Source: an uncultured Gammaproteobacteria bacterium (GTDB lineage Bacteria > Patescibacteriota > Microgenomatia > JALYQM01). From it: 64,000 nt of DNA. Location: the NCBI GenBank assembly GCA_964403585.1, contig CAYOFQ010000002.1:5667-69666 (forward strand), read 5' to 3'. A program made the position numbers and the translations under genes. This document shows positions 18,405 through 26,751 of this stretch, piece after piece (the stretch's first letter is position 1; each line of letters starts with the position of its first letter). A model generated the notes under the pieces. The model was not told where the DNA came from, did not search any database, and saw only the letters and a program-made list of their open reading frames with translations.

Positions 18405-18681
18405 CTCCCCGACTAGGATTCGAACCTAGAACCTTCTCGTTACATGAACCCCACAAGTTTCCTAGTGGCATGGACTATCTCATCACCATACTTAAAAAGC
18501 ACAGGTGTCAGGCGTATAGTCTCTGAACCTTCAATACGCAAGAAGCGTAAAGCTTGGCTGCGGATTACCATAATCTTTCGATCGTAGGCTTCCCGACAGT
18601 TAACCCAATTTTCACTTCAGGATTTCTCCAGAAGGCTGCATCAATCTACAGCGAGCCGCTCTACCGTTGAGCTATCAGGGA
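18405..18681 (-). tRNA. tRNA-Asn(GUU) interrupted by a group I intron (5' exon 18681..18648, 3' exon 18442..18405)
   Basis: The exons rebuild a 72-nt cloverleaf: acceptor UCCCUGA/UCGGGGA, D-arm GCUC-AACGGUA-GAGC, anticodon loop CUGU|UAA, T-arm CUAGG-UUCGAAU-CCUAG, discriminator G73; close to Bacillus-type tRNA-Asn. The intron sits between anticodon positions 35 and 36, after a U. Confidence 0.75.
18443..18647 (-). ncRNA. Group I self-splicing intron (IC3-like, 205 nt) within tRNA-Asn
   Basis: P1 pairs the 5' exon GCUGU with an internal guide GCAGC and ends on a U•G wobble at the splice site. The Q element AAUCCGCAGC is an exact match; the R-like GGUUCAGAGACUAUA and S-like GAGAUAGUCC pair in a P7-like helix (GACUAU/AUAGUC); there is a P-like UGUCGGGAAG; the last intron nucleotide is G. 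I recall the Azoarcus/cyanobacterial tRNA introns carrying similar …GCCAAGCUU… and …GAAGGU.UAGAGACUA.ACG… stretches, but this is from memory and not aligned. Confidence 0.8.
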
Positions 18682-18684
18682 ATA

Positions 18685-19401
18685 TTAACTTTTACCGTGC
18701 TTTAAGCACGATGCATCCTGAATTCTATCACCAAAAACAGCAGAAATCCACCCCATAATTTGACGCTGTATATCTGAGCAACTGAACCTAATAGAAAACA
18801 CTCCATAAGAGTGTATATTTTTTCTAATTTTCTGTGAATCAATCTTATTTTTTACTATATAAGTTTTATGGAATTTAGCCTTAGAAATACCCGTTAGTTG
18901 AGACCAAAATTCCCTTGCAGCTTCTATATCTAAACCTTCATGAATCCAAAGTGCACCTCTAAATCTATCTTCAGGGACCTTCGCAAATTGCCGTAACCAG
19001 CCCATCATAAACTCGATTATCCGAGGATCAGAATTTGCGATACCTCCCTTCCCATCGGCTTTATCACCTTCACCCAAATAAATAGCGATACCTGCCAACA
19101 ACCTGTCCCTTTCAGAAATCGCACCTAGTTCATTTTTTGCATGTAAAAATATTTGCTGAGTTTTATTAATTCTGTAGGAACGTTTATTTTCAGCTGCAGC
19201 AAGAGAACCCTTTTTTTGACCGTTAATTTTTGTAGTAATAAGCCGGTTTCTCTGTTCATCAGTTAATACTATATCCCTACACCAACGACTTAATGTGTCT
19301 TTAGAAACTTTAACCTGTAATAAAATCTCATTATAAGAAAGACCTTTACTTCTTAATTTCTGAGCAATAATTCGTTCTTCCAATTTCCCTGAATAACCCA
19401 T
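18685..19401 (-). CDS. HTH-domain protein with a possible degenerate LAGLIDADG-like motif (candidate free-standing homing endonuclease; weak)
   Basis: N-terminal HTH (LSYNEILLQVKVSKDTLSRWCRD); central LLAGIAIYLGEGDK resembles a degenerate LAGLIDADG motif; located immediately 5' of the intron-containing tRNA. Confidence 0.4.
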   Translation of the reverse strand: MGYSGKLEERIIAQKLRSKGLSYNEILLQVKVSKDTLSRWCRDIVLTDEQRNRLITTKINGQKKGSLAAAENKRSYRINKTQQIFLHAKNELGAISERDRLLAGIAIYLGEGDKADGKGGIANSDPRIIEFMMGWLRQFAKVPEDRFRGALWIHEGLDIEAAREFWSQLTGISKAKFHKTYIVKNKIDSQKIRKNIHSYGVFSIRFSCSDIQRQIMGWISAVFGDRIQDASCLKHGKS

Positions 19402-19504
19402 GTCTATTTTATAAGATACGAAACAAGGATATACAAGTATATATTTCTAGATCCACTATTTGATAATTGCATCTAAATCCTAATTATTGCTAAAGTAAAA
19501 GAAG

Positions 19505-20206
19505 ATGAAAAACTCTTTTAATGTCAAATTTGCGCTAACCGCCATCGCAGTGGCTTTAATCCTCACCGGATTGGTTTTCACCGAAGTACTCCAGAGCAAT
19601 GCTAAAAAAGAATACCTCCGTAAAGCCGAAATTCAGCGCAAACTCGAAGACACCGCCCCCGCTCTTCTCCAGAAAGGCATCGATAAAATCCTCGGCGCTC
19701 AAGAGTTGAGCTTTTCAATGACCGAAACCTTCAGTGCTTTTGGCTGCGAATATACCACCATTTATGAAGGCCGGATTAAGGATGGCGAACAATACGCCAA
19801 AAATAACGTCAAATACGATAATAACGCCGTATTAAAAGATATCTGTCCCACTCAGTATAACGAAGTTATGTCCAATCTGTCAGGCGAACACTATTGGAAC
19901 ACCGCCAGTGATTCATACGAATATTCACCCGTCGACCAGCCAACCGAGTACCGCCAGCAGTTCTTCCGGGAAAATGTCGTCAACGCCAGTATTCAGGAAG
20001 TCTATGAAAACCCCACCAATATCCTGATGCGTACCAAATATACCAAAGACGACCAGGTCACCACGTACACCATAACTATAAACAAGCAAACCGAATCAAT
20101 TCAGAAAATTACCTTTACCCGCTCGGGCGATTCATCGCTCACCTCGGATACCGGTGACATCATCTTCATCTACGATGTCGACGAAGTTGCCCCGGCCCGG
20201 GGATAA
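19505..20206 (+). CDS. membrane-anchored hypothetical protein
   Basis: N-terminal TM/signal anchor (ALTAIAVALILTGLVF); the remainder is hydrophilic. Confidence 0.5.
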   Translation: MKNSFNVKFALTAIAVALILTGLVFTEVLQSNAKKEYLRKAEIQRKLEDTAPALLQKGIDKILGAQELSFSMTETFSAFGCEYTTIYEGRIKDGEQYAKNNVKYDNNAVLKDICPTQYNEVMSNLSGEHYWNTASDSYEYSPVDQPTEYRQQFFRENVVNASIQEVYENPTNILMRTKYTKDDQVTTYTITINKQTESIQKITFTRSGDSSLTSDTGDIIFIYDVDEVAPARG

Positions 20207-20524
20207 TTAACTGTTCTTAATTTTTTCTTCAATGTGATCCATTGTTTGTAAAAAAGCTTTTTCGATATCAATGTTGTAGCGCTTTGAAAGCACCAACACA
20301 CACCACAAACAATCTGCCAGCTCATGGGCCAATCGCTCATCTATATTTTCAAGTTTACGCACACCCTCTTTCGCCATGATTACTTCCATTAATTCACCAA
20401 TATCCGCCACAAACCCTTCCATAATATTGAGGTTAGTCCACGGAGTCCCCGACCGTTTTAACTCCAACTCCGAATACTTCTCCCGAATCTCAATCGCCCG
20501 CGCAGCTAAATCTTTAATGTCCAT
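20207..20524 (-). CDS. MazG-like nucleotide pyrophosphohydrolase
   Basis: 105 aa; FVADIGELMEVIMAKEG…LAHELADCLWCVLVLSKRYNIDIEKAF matches the MazG/NTP-PPase EExxE…(E/D)xxD helical motifs. Confidence 0.7.
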   Translation of the reverse strand: MDIKDLAARAIEIREKYSELELKRSGTPWTNLNIMEGFVADIGELMEVIMAKEGVRKLENIDERLAHELADCLWCVLVLSKRYNIDIEKAFLQTMDHIEEKIKNS

Positions 20525-20622
20525 ATGCCTCCTATAAAAAATGAGAGCTATCTGCTAGATAACTCTCATTGTACTACGCTATAGAATGTTCAGTCTCCTG
20601 GAAATATTTTCCTGAGCTTAGG

Positions 20623-20714
20623 TTATTCAGCGACATTCTTTGCCATACCTTAGCGGCAAAGCATAGGTTTAAAGGCTGAGACAAAGTCGAAGCGTTAACC
20701 GTGTCGCTGAATAC
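20623..20714. ncRNA. Unclassified structured-RNA motif, copy A (strand undetermined)
   Basis: Closing stem ATTCAGCGACA / TGTCGCTGAAT, inner hairpin CTTTGCC-ATACCTTAGC-GGCAAAG, then CATAGGTTTAAAGGC…GTTAACC. It shares a core with 63719..63835, with compensatory changes between the copies. Confidence 0.4.
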
Positions 20715-20732
20715 CCAAGCGAAGGGAAGAAC

Positions 20733-21872
20733 TTAATCTATATAATCTTTCAATTTTTTAGATCGGCTCGGATGACGCAACTTCCGCAGCGCCTTCGCCT
20801 CAATCTGACGAATACGTTCTCGAGTCACACCAAATTCCTTTCCAACCTCTTCCAGCGTTCGGGATTTACCGTCAATCAACCCAAACCGCATCTCAATAAT
20901 CTTGCGCTCACGATCAGTTAACGTAGATAAGACTTCCCAAATATGTTCACGCAATAAACCATGTGCAGCTTCGTCTTCCGGCAACGGCTCGTTGGCTTGC
21001 ACGAAATCTCCCAGGAAGCTGTCCTCATCCTCTCCAACCGGTTTTTCCAGAGAAGCCGGCTCTTGAGACACCTTAATAATCTCACGGGCCTTCTCGGGCT
21101 CTATACCCATTACTTTGGCCACTTCCTCTGGCGTTGGCTCACGACCCAGGTCCTGCATCATCTTACGTGATGTACGAACAAACCGGTTGATCGTTTCCAC
21201 CATATGCACCGGAATACGAATAACACGAGCCTGGTCAGCAATCGCACGGGTAATCGCCTGACGAATCCACCACGTCGCATACGTAGAGAATTTGTATCCG
21301 CGTCGCCAGTCATATTTTTCAACCGCACGAGCCAAACCAATATTTCCCTCCTGAACCAAATCCATCAAACTCATACCACGACCAACATATTTTTTGGCAA
21401 TTGAAACTACCAAGCGTAAGTTAGCTTCAACCAGTCGGTCATATGCTCGCTTATCTCCCTTTTCCACTTTCTTCGCCAAATCAATTTCCTGTTCAAAAGA
21501 CAACAGCGGAATGCGTCCGATCTCACGCAGGTACATACGTACCGGATCGGTTACAAAACCCTCATCAACCGTTGAAAGCACTTCCAGTTCTTTCTCAAGT
21601 TCCGAAGTACTCTTAACCGTATCTCCAGCCACTTCACTGGAAGTCTCAAACACATCAATCGACTCGGTGAGTAACTTGAGATACAAATTATCTAAGTCTT
21701 CTATGAAATATTCAGGCTGAGTATAGATTTCGAGAATATCATCCTGAGTAACAAAACCTTGCTTTTTACCTTTTTCAAGTAACTTCTTAATCATTCCGTT
21801 AACCACTTTAGGGTTAAGCACGGGAACGTCTTTGGTAACCTCGGCAGCAGGTGCTGCAGCAGTACTAGACAT
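20733..21872 (-). CDS. rpoD: RNA polymerase primary sigma factor (sigma-70 / RpoD)
   Basis: Regions 2 to 4 are conserved ([54 protein letters not shown]; [29 protein letters not shown]). Start chosen at ATG 21872, which is preceded by AAGAAGGAG, rather than the TTG-initiated extension to 21938. Confidence 0.9.
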   Translation of the reverse strand: MSSTAAAPAAEVTKDVPVLNPKVVNGMIKKLLEKGKKQGFVTQDDILEIYTQPEYFIEDLDNLYLKLLTESIDVFETSSEVAGDTVKSTSELEKELEVLSTVDEGFVTDPVRMYLREIGRIPLLSFEQEIDLAKKVEKGDKRAYDRLVEANLRLVVSIAKKYVGRGMSLMDLVQEGNIGLARAVEKYDWRRGYKFSTYATWWIRQAITRAIADQARVIRIPVHMVETINRFVRTSRKMMQDLGREPTPEEVAKVMGIEPEKAREIIKVSQEPASLEKPVGEDEDSFLGDFVQANEPLPEDEAAHGLLREHIWEVLSTLTDRERKIIEMRFGLIDGKSRTLEEVGKEFGVTRERIRQIEAKALRKLRHPSRSKKLKDYID

Positions 21873-21946
21873 GCAATACTCCTTCTTTCGGTATCCCCAG
21901 AGAAAAAAGACAAAAAAATGAATTCTCCAGGAATCCAATCACTAAA

Positions 21947-23866
21947 TTACAGCTTTTGCAATTTGCTCAAGCGTACAACAAGCATATCAACTTGCTGTTG
22001 TAAATGCGATATCTCGTCAGCCGTTCCTGAAAGCTCATTTTGCTTGATCTCAAGCGAAAGTACGCGCATTTGCTCGCGGATCATCATTTCTTTCAGGTTT
22101 TTAATAGTCAGGAACAATTCGCTACGCAACGCTTCGTCGCCTTCGGGCTCAATATCAATCAGGAAAATTTCATCAATGATTGGAATAATATCGCTCGTAG
22201 CACCTGCTATAAAATCCTGTACAAAACTCTCGGGATTAGCTATAAAGAAATCGACAAAATGAGTATACACCTCTTTGACCTTTTTGTCATCTATATCCTC
22301 TATCTTCAGCTTTTTCTCAATCCCCTGGACCGGCAGATGCAGGCGCATCAAAAGGGAGATAAAGTACCACTCCATCCGACCTTTTTTTGCCTGGTAGTCC
22401 ACTGCATACCGGTCAACCTCTTTCTGCTTCGCCCGGTTGGACAATTCTTCCAAACTGACAGTTTTAGGAAGCACCGGCCTGGTGGCCTTCGACTGTAGAA
22501 CCACCTTAGCAGAGTCCTTAACTTTCCCTGAATCACCAACTGATACACTTTGTCCTAGTTTAATCAACTCTACCTCTGAAATACCTAAATGAGTACTCAA
22601 TTTCTGGAGATAATGCGACCGTATAATCATATCCTTAATTCGCGAAAGCTGAGGCATTACCTCCCGTATGAAGTCACGCTTACCCACCGCATCCTTCACA
22701 TCGTACCGCTTCATGCCGCTTTGAATTATATAGTCGTAATACGGAACAGCCTGCTCCACTGCATCAATCCAGTTTTGAACTCCCTTACGGATGCATTCAT
22801 CCGGATCCTTACCGTTTTTTATTTGTATAACTTTTATCTCCATTCCCTTCTCTTCAGCCAAATAGATAGCCTTTCTCATTGCCATGTCCCCAGCCTTGTC
22901 CGCATCAAAACACAACAGCAAACGATTACATAATTTCCCCAGCATGGTAATCTGCTCTTCCGTTAAAGCTGACCCTTTTACTGCACACACATTCTTTACA
23001 CCGACACGGAAAGAAGACAGCATATCCATTTCACCTTCCACCAAAATAGCCTCACCTTTACGTCGGATAAACTCCTTCGCCTGGTAAAAGCCAAATAGAA
23101 ACTCCCGCTTATGGAAAATAGCTGTCTCCGCCGAGTTAATATATTTGGCAGTCTTATCCGTACCCAACACACGCCCGGCAAAACCTACTACCTGACCTGC
23201 TTTATCAAACAAAGGGAACATCACCCGTCCACGAAACATATCATAAAATCCGATACCTTTATCACTCTTAACACCCAATCCACCGGCAATAATTTCTTCT
23301 ATTGTAAAACCCTTCTTAAGTAAAAAATTTCCCAAACCATCCCAGCTCTTTGCCGAATACCCCAGCTGAAACAGCTCCGCCACATCATTCTTATCGGCCT
23401 TACCAGCCACAGGAATACTCTCACCAACCACCACACCCCGCTTCTCCAAATAATCCCGGGCTTCCTGCCCAACTTCATGCTTCACCAGCAAAAAATGATA
23501 GTACGCTACTGCCGCATCATGCATTTCATACAAACGTTCCCGTAAATCATTCTCCTGCCGGGACTGTTTACTCTCGATCTTCTGTATCTCTACTCCGGCT
23601 TCATCTGCCAATACTTTTACCGCTTCCGGAAACGTTAGTCCATCATGTTGCATCACAAAAGTGAACAAATCTCCGGATACTCCGCATCCGAAACATTTAA
23701 ATATCTGTCTATCAGGTGAAACATTGAATGAAGGAGAATTCTCTCCATGAAAGGGACACAAACCGGTAAAGTTTCGCCCTGCTTTTTTAAGTTGTATACT
23801 GCGCCCAATATAGTCAACAATATCTATCTTGTCTTTTATCTGTCGGATCTCGGTCTCGCTTGCCAT
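21947..23866 (-). CDS. dnaG: DNA primase DnaG
   Basis: CHC2 zinc finger (CPFHGENSPSFNVSPDRQIFKCFGCGVSGD), TOPRIM (ILVEGEMDMLS…CFDADKAGDMA); classic dnaG-rpoD operon arrangement. Confidence 0.9.
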   Translation of the reverse strand: MASETEIRQIKDKIDIVDYIGRSIQLKKAGRNFTGLCPFHGENSPSFNVSPDRQIFKCFGCGVSGDLFTFVMQHDGLTFPEAVKVLADEAGVEIQKIESKQSRQENDLRERLYEMHDAAVAYYHFLLVKHEVGQEARDYLEKRGVVVGESIPVAGKADKNDVAELFQLGYSAKSWDGLGNFLLKKGFTIEEIIAGGLGVKSDKGIGFYDMFRGRVMFPLFDKAGQVVGFAGRVLGTDKTAKYINSAETAIFHKREFLFGFYQAKEFIRRKGEAILVEGEMDMLSSFRVGVKNVCAVKGSALTEEQITMLGKLCNRLLLCFDADKAGDMAMRKAIYLAEEKGMEIKVIQIKNGKDPDECIRKGVQNWIDAVEQAVPYYDYIIQSGMKRYDVKDAVGKRDFIREVMPQLSRIKDMIIRSHYLQKLSTHLGISEVELIKLGQSVSVGDSGKVKDSAKVVLQSKATRPVLPKTVSLEELSNRAKQKEVDRYAVDYQAKKGRMEWYFISLLMRLHLPVQGIEKKLKIEDIDDKKVKEVYTHFVDFFIANPESFVQDFIAGATSDIIPIIDEIFLIDIEPEGDEALRSELFLTIKNLKEMMIREQMRVLSLEIKQNELSGTADEISHLQQQVDMLVVRLSKLQKL

Positions 23867-23998
23867 ACCCCAATATTACCAGAAAACAGTTAACACAAAA
23901 ATATCCTATAGTATTTGACTATTGGATATTTAGGAGTATAATAGATAGTGCCTCCAAAAGGCTATTTACCTCAACTGAGGTAGACAAGCTCAAAAGAG

Positions 23999-24043
23999 GC
24001 GCGAGCTCAAGCTCAACTTGAGTTCACAGTACTTTAACAAGAG
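23999..24043. promoter_or_regulatory. Conserved upstream element, copy 1 (GCGCGAGCTCAA…TTAACAAGAG), about 225 nt upstream of the GC-rich secreted gene 24269..24958
   Basis: Shares GCGC(A/G)AGCTCAACTT and TTAACAAGAG blocks with 25289..25337 and 29237..29285. Confidence 0.4.
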
Positions 24044-24084
24044 AACATGCAAAATAAGCTAAAACACTTCCCCAACCCGGTAAC

Positions 24085-24134
24085 CTACAGGATTTTGAGC
24101 TCAATTGAGCTAGATTGAACTCAGTATCCTGTAG
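24085..24134. promoter_or_regulatory. Nested palindromes: CTACAGGAT…[GAGCTCAATTGAGCTA]…ATCCTGTAG
   Basis: Near-perfect copy of the 18286 palindrome, flanked by a 9-bp inverted repeat. Confidence 0.35.
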
Positions 24135-24268
24135 TTTGCTCGGGTAATCAAGGAGGTGTAAACACCTACCCGAAAGTGACAAATCGTCACCGCAAATTGC
24201 AATCGAGGTCGTATGCCTCAGGATGACTTATTCAGTAGTAGCCGTTTTAAAACAACAAGGACAACACA

Positions 24269-24958
24269 ATGCCAACCCAACTCCGCTACCTGCTCGCCGC
24301 CATCTTGCTCGCGCTCGTCGTCGTTCTGCCCGCGGCTGCACAACCCTCAACACCCCCCGCAAACCCAGAGCCGACCACGATCGAGCTGAAACCGGCCTCG
24401 AAGACCATCACCGTAACCGTTCCCGCCAACGCAACGTTCGAGCAACGCCATGCCCTTATTAAGGCTGCCGCGCCTCAGAACGAGCTCGTTCGGATCCACC
24501 TCGTGATCGACAAGACGCTGGCTCCCAAGCCCGCCATCACGACCGCCGAGGCCAACCCGATCGCTGCATCCCACGCTGTCAGCTACACTATGCAGTGGAA
24601 CCGGCCGGTGTTCAACAACTACAGCAGTGCTACGCCTGAAGACTTGTCGCCCACGCTCACGTTCAATGTGTACACCGATACCGTAGGGCTCTCGCTCTAC
24701 AGCTGGATCAACTACAAGAACATCGAGCGCGGGGAGAGTGAATTTTACGTCGATTTCGACTTCGTTAACGTCACTGTCACCGGATCCGGCTCAATCCAGC
24801 TACATCTACCCACATATACCCCCAAGGCAGGATATGAGCAGGACGCTCAGTTCAATGCGTATCTCGGCGAGTACACCACTAACGGCTGGCTGAAGCAATC
24901 AACCATCCACTTCTACTCGCACGTCAAGCACATTTACTCGCCCGTCGCCCTTAGTTAG
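24269..24958 (+). CDS. secreted hypothetical protein (GC-rich gene)
   Basis: Signal peptide LLAAILLALVVVLPAAAQP; followed by a GC-rich hairpin (GAGCCACGC…GCGTGGCTC); GC is far above the flanks. Confidence 0.6.
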   Translation: MPTQLRYLLAAILLALVVVLPAAAQPSTPPANPEPTTIELKPASKTITVTVPANATFEQRHALIKAAAPQNELVRIHLVIDKTLAPKPAITTAEANPIAASHAVSYTMQWNRPVFNNYSSATPEDLSPTLTFNVYTDTVGLSLYSWINYKNIERGESEFYVDFDFVNVTVTGSGSIQLHLPTYTPKAGYEQDAQFNAYLGEYTTNGWLKQSTIHFYSHVKHIYSPVALS

Positions 24959-25288
24959 CAGCTTATCCGAGGCAGTTGAGCCACGCACACACGCTTACGC
25001 GTGGCTCAGCTCCTCGCAGGAGAAACCAAATGGAGTTTACTAAGCCCTTGAGTCTTGAACTCATTCGTAGCGTATTTCCCTATTTAGCCTCAACCTGTAC
25101 ATGTTCTCTTGTCCCATTTTAACCTCAAATAAGCTCAAATCTTATCCAAGCTCAATTTTAGCCTAAATATAACGAAATAATAACCTATAGTATTGACATA
25201 TAGGACAAAATATGGTAATATACAAGATGCCTCACCGAGGCTACCAGTTCAAATAGAACCGTCTAGACTCAGTTGAGGCTAGGAAGAG

Positions 25289-25337
25289 AGCGCAAGCTCA
25301 ACTTCCGCACCTTAACAAGAGTGCTTAGCAACAAGTC
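25289..25337. promoter_or_regulatory. Conserved upstream element, copy 2 (AGCGCAAGCTCAACTT…TTAACAAGAGTGCTTAGCAACAAGTC)
   Basis: About 335 nt upstream of 25672..26514; the 26-nt block TT(A/T)ACAAGAG.GC.ATAGCAA.AAGTC is nearly identical to 29260..29285. Confidence 0.4.
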
Positions 25338-25671
25338 AGAGTTACACGCTCGGCTAGCACAAATGAGCTCACGCTCATCCGCTATCCAATGGGCAACTAC
25401 CTCTGAAATAGCAACATTTTTTGAAACCAAATCCTCTTTCTCCCATTACAGCGGAATTCTGGACCTCATAATTGAGATTCGGTATTCCGCTGCAATGAAG
25501 ATTGAGTAAACTCCTTAGTTTGGAGAGCTCCTTGAACGCAAGTTCAAGAACTTCGTTATAGATCCAGCGGCCCGAGACCCTTCTCAACGACGCAAGTCGA
25601 AAAGATATAGGTCATATTTCCGCGCGGACTTTTCGACAAGTTTACAAGCAACCGAACAAGGAGCAAACACA

Positions 25672-26514
25672 ATGGAAACCCTCAACCGCAACCGCACCAA
25701 GCTCATCATCGCCGCCATCGCCATCATTTTCGCCATCTCTGCGCTTCCGCTGGCTGACTATTACTTCGGTACCAAGGTCACACCAATGACCAGCTACCAG
25801 CAGCCGACCGCCGCCCCGACCGCGGCCGCCCAGCCGACTAACGATCCCGTTGGTACCCCCAGCGAGAACGACCACAGCCTGCTGAAGGTGGCCTTCGACG
25901 ACGAGCCGATCACCGTGATCACCCCGACCGAGACCATCTCCTACGAGTTGGATCTCCTCCGGCTCTTCAACTACCAGCACGGTGACGTGTTCACAGGCAA
26001 TGATGACATCAGCGTTTCAATGGAAACTTTGGACGGCGACCCTGCCACAACAATCGTGTTCGACACCAGCTCAGACCAGCTCGGCGCCACCGACCTCGAC
26101 AAGCACACCACCACCTTCGGCAAAGGCCTCGCCATCAACAAGAGCGACCACTCGATCCACGCTGACGGCGGTGCTGTGATCACCTTCACCCTGACGACCT
26201 CGACCTTCGTGTCTGACGTTCAGGTTGTCGACCTGGATCGCGGCGCTATGCGAGTTGTTGGCCTAGATGAGAAAGGCAATGAAGTTTTCCGGCAGAGCAT
26301 GAGCCCCGACGCTCAGTTGATCAAGACGATGGCTGTCAACACGACGGTCAAAACGCTGATCATCCGGGTCAAGGACAGCTTTGTGTTGTTGCCACACTTC
26401 CGTGCCTTCTCCTCCGGCGAGCTGCGCGCCTTCTGGCTGCCGAAAACCCTCGGTGAGTGCACCAGCACCGCCGAAGAGGCCGCGCAATACCCCGATAAGC
26501 CGAGCTGCAACTAG
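25672..26514 (+). CDS. membrane-anchored/secreted hypothetical protein (GC-rich gene)
   Basis: N-terminal anchor LIIAAIAIIFAISALPLA, Pro/Thr/Ala-rich linker; followed by an RNA hairpin containing two G•U pairs (26549-26590), which places the structure on the plus strand. Confidence 0.6.
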   Translation: METLNRNRTKLIIAAIAIIFAISALPLADYYFGTKVTPMTSYQQPTAAPTAAAQPTNDPVGTPSENDHSLLKVAFDDEPITVITPTETISYELDLLRLFNYQHGDVFTGNDDISVSMETLDGDPATTIVFDTSSDQLGATDLDKHTTTFGKGLAINKSDHSIHADGGAVITFTLTTSTFVSDVQVVDLDRGAMRVVGLDEKGNEVFRQSMSPDAQLIKTMAVNTTVKTLIIRVKDSFVLLPHFRAFSSGELRAFWLPKTLGECTSTAEEAAQYPDKPSCN

Positions 26515-26751
26515 CAGTTCACTCGCCCTTCGGACTAACCGCCGCCAAGATGGAGCACGCGCTCACCACCACGCCGAGTGCGTGTTCCATCTACAATTGA
26601 TTTCAAAATGTTACGAAAAAATAGAAAGGAAGAAAGACAATGAAGAATCTAAAGCGTTTTAGCTTTACCATTTTTCCCCCGTCCGCCCGAATTTTCTAGC
26701 TATCTGCACTCTTGTTACCGATTTTACTTATCCCCAATTAACGTATATTTA

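Noticed and set aside
20733-21938. Long N-terminal extension of rpoD starting at 21938
   Set aside because: The extension starts at TTG and encodes a hydrophobic peptide, whereas an ATG at 21872 is preceded by a perfect AAGAAGGAG Shine-Dalgarno.
25273-25509. 78-aa plus-strand ORF
   Set aside because: It overlaps the conserved upstream regulatory element of 25672..26514 and has no coding signal, so it is likely spurious.
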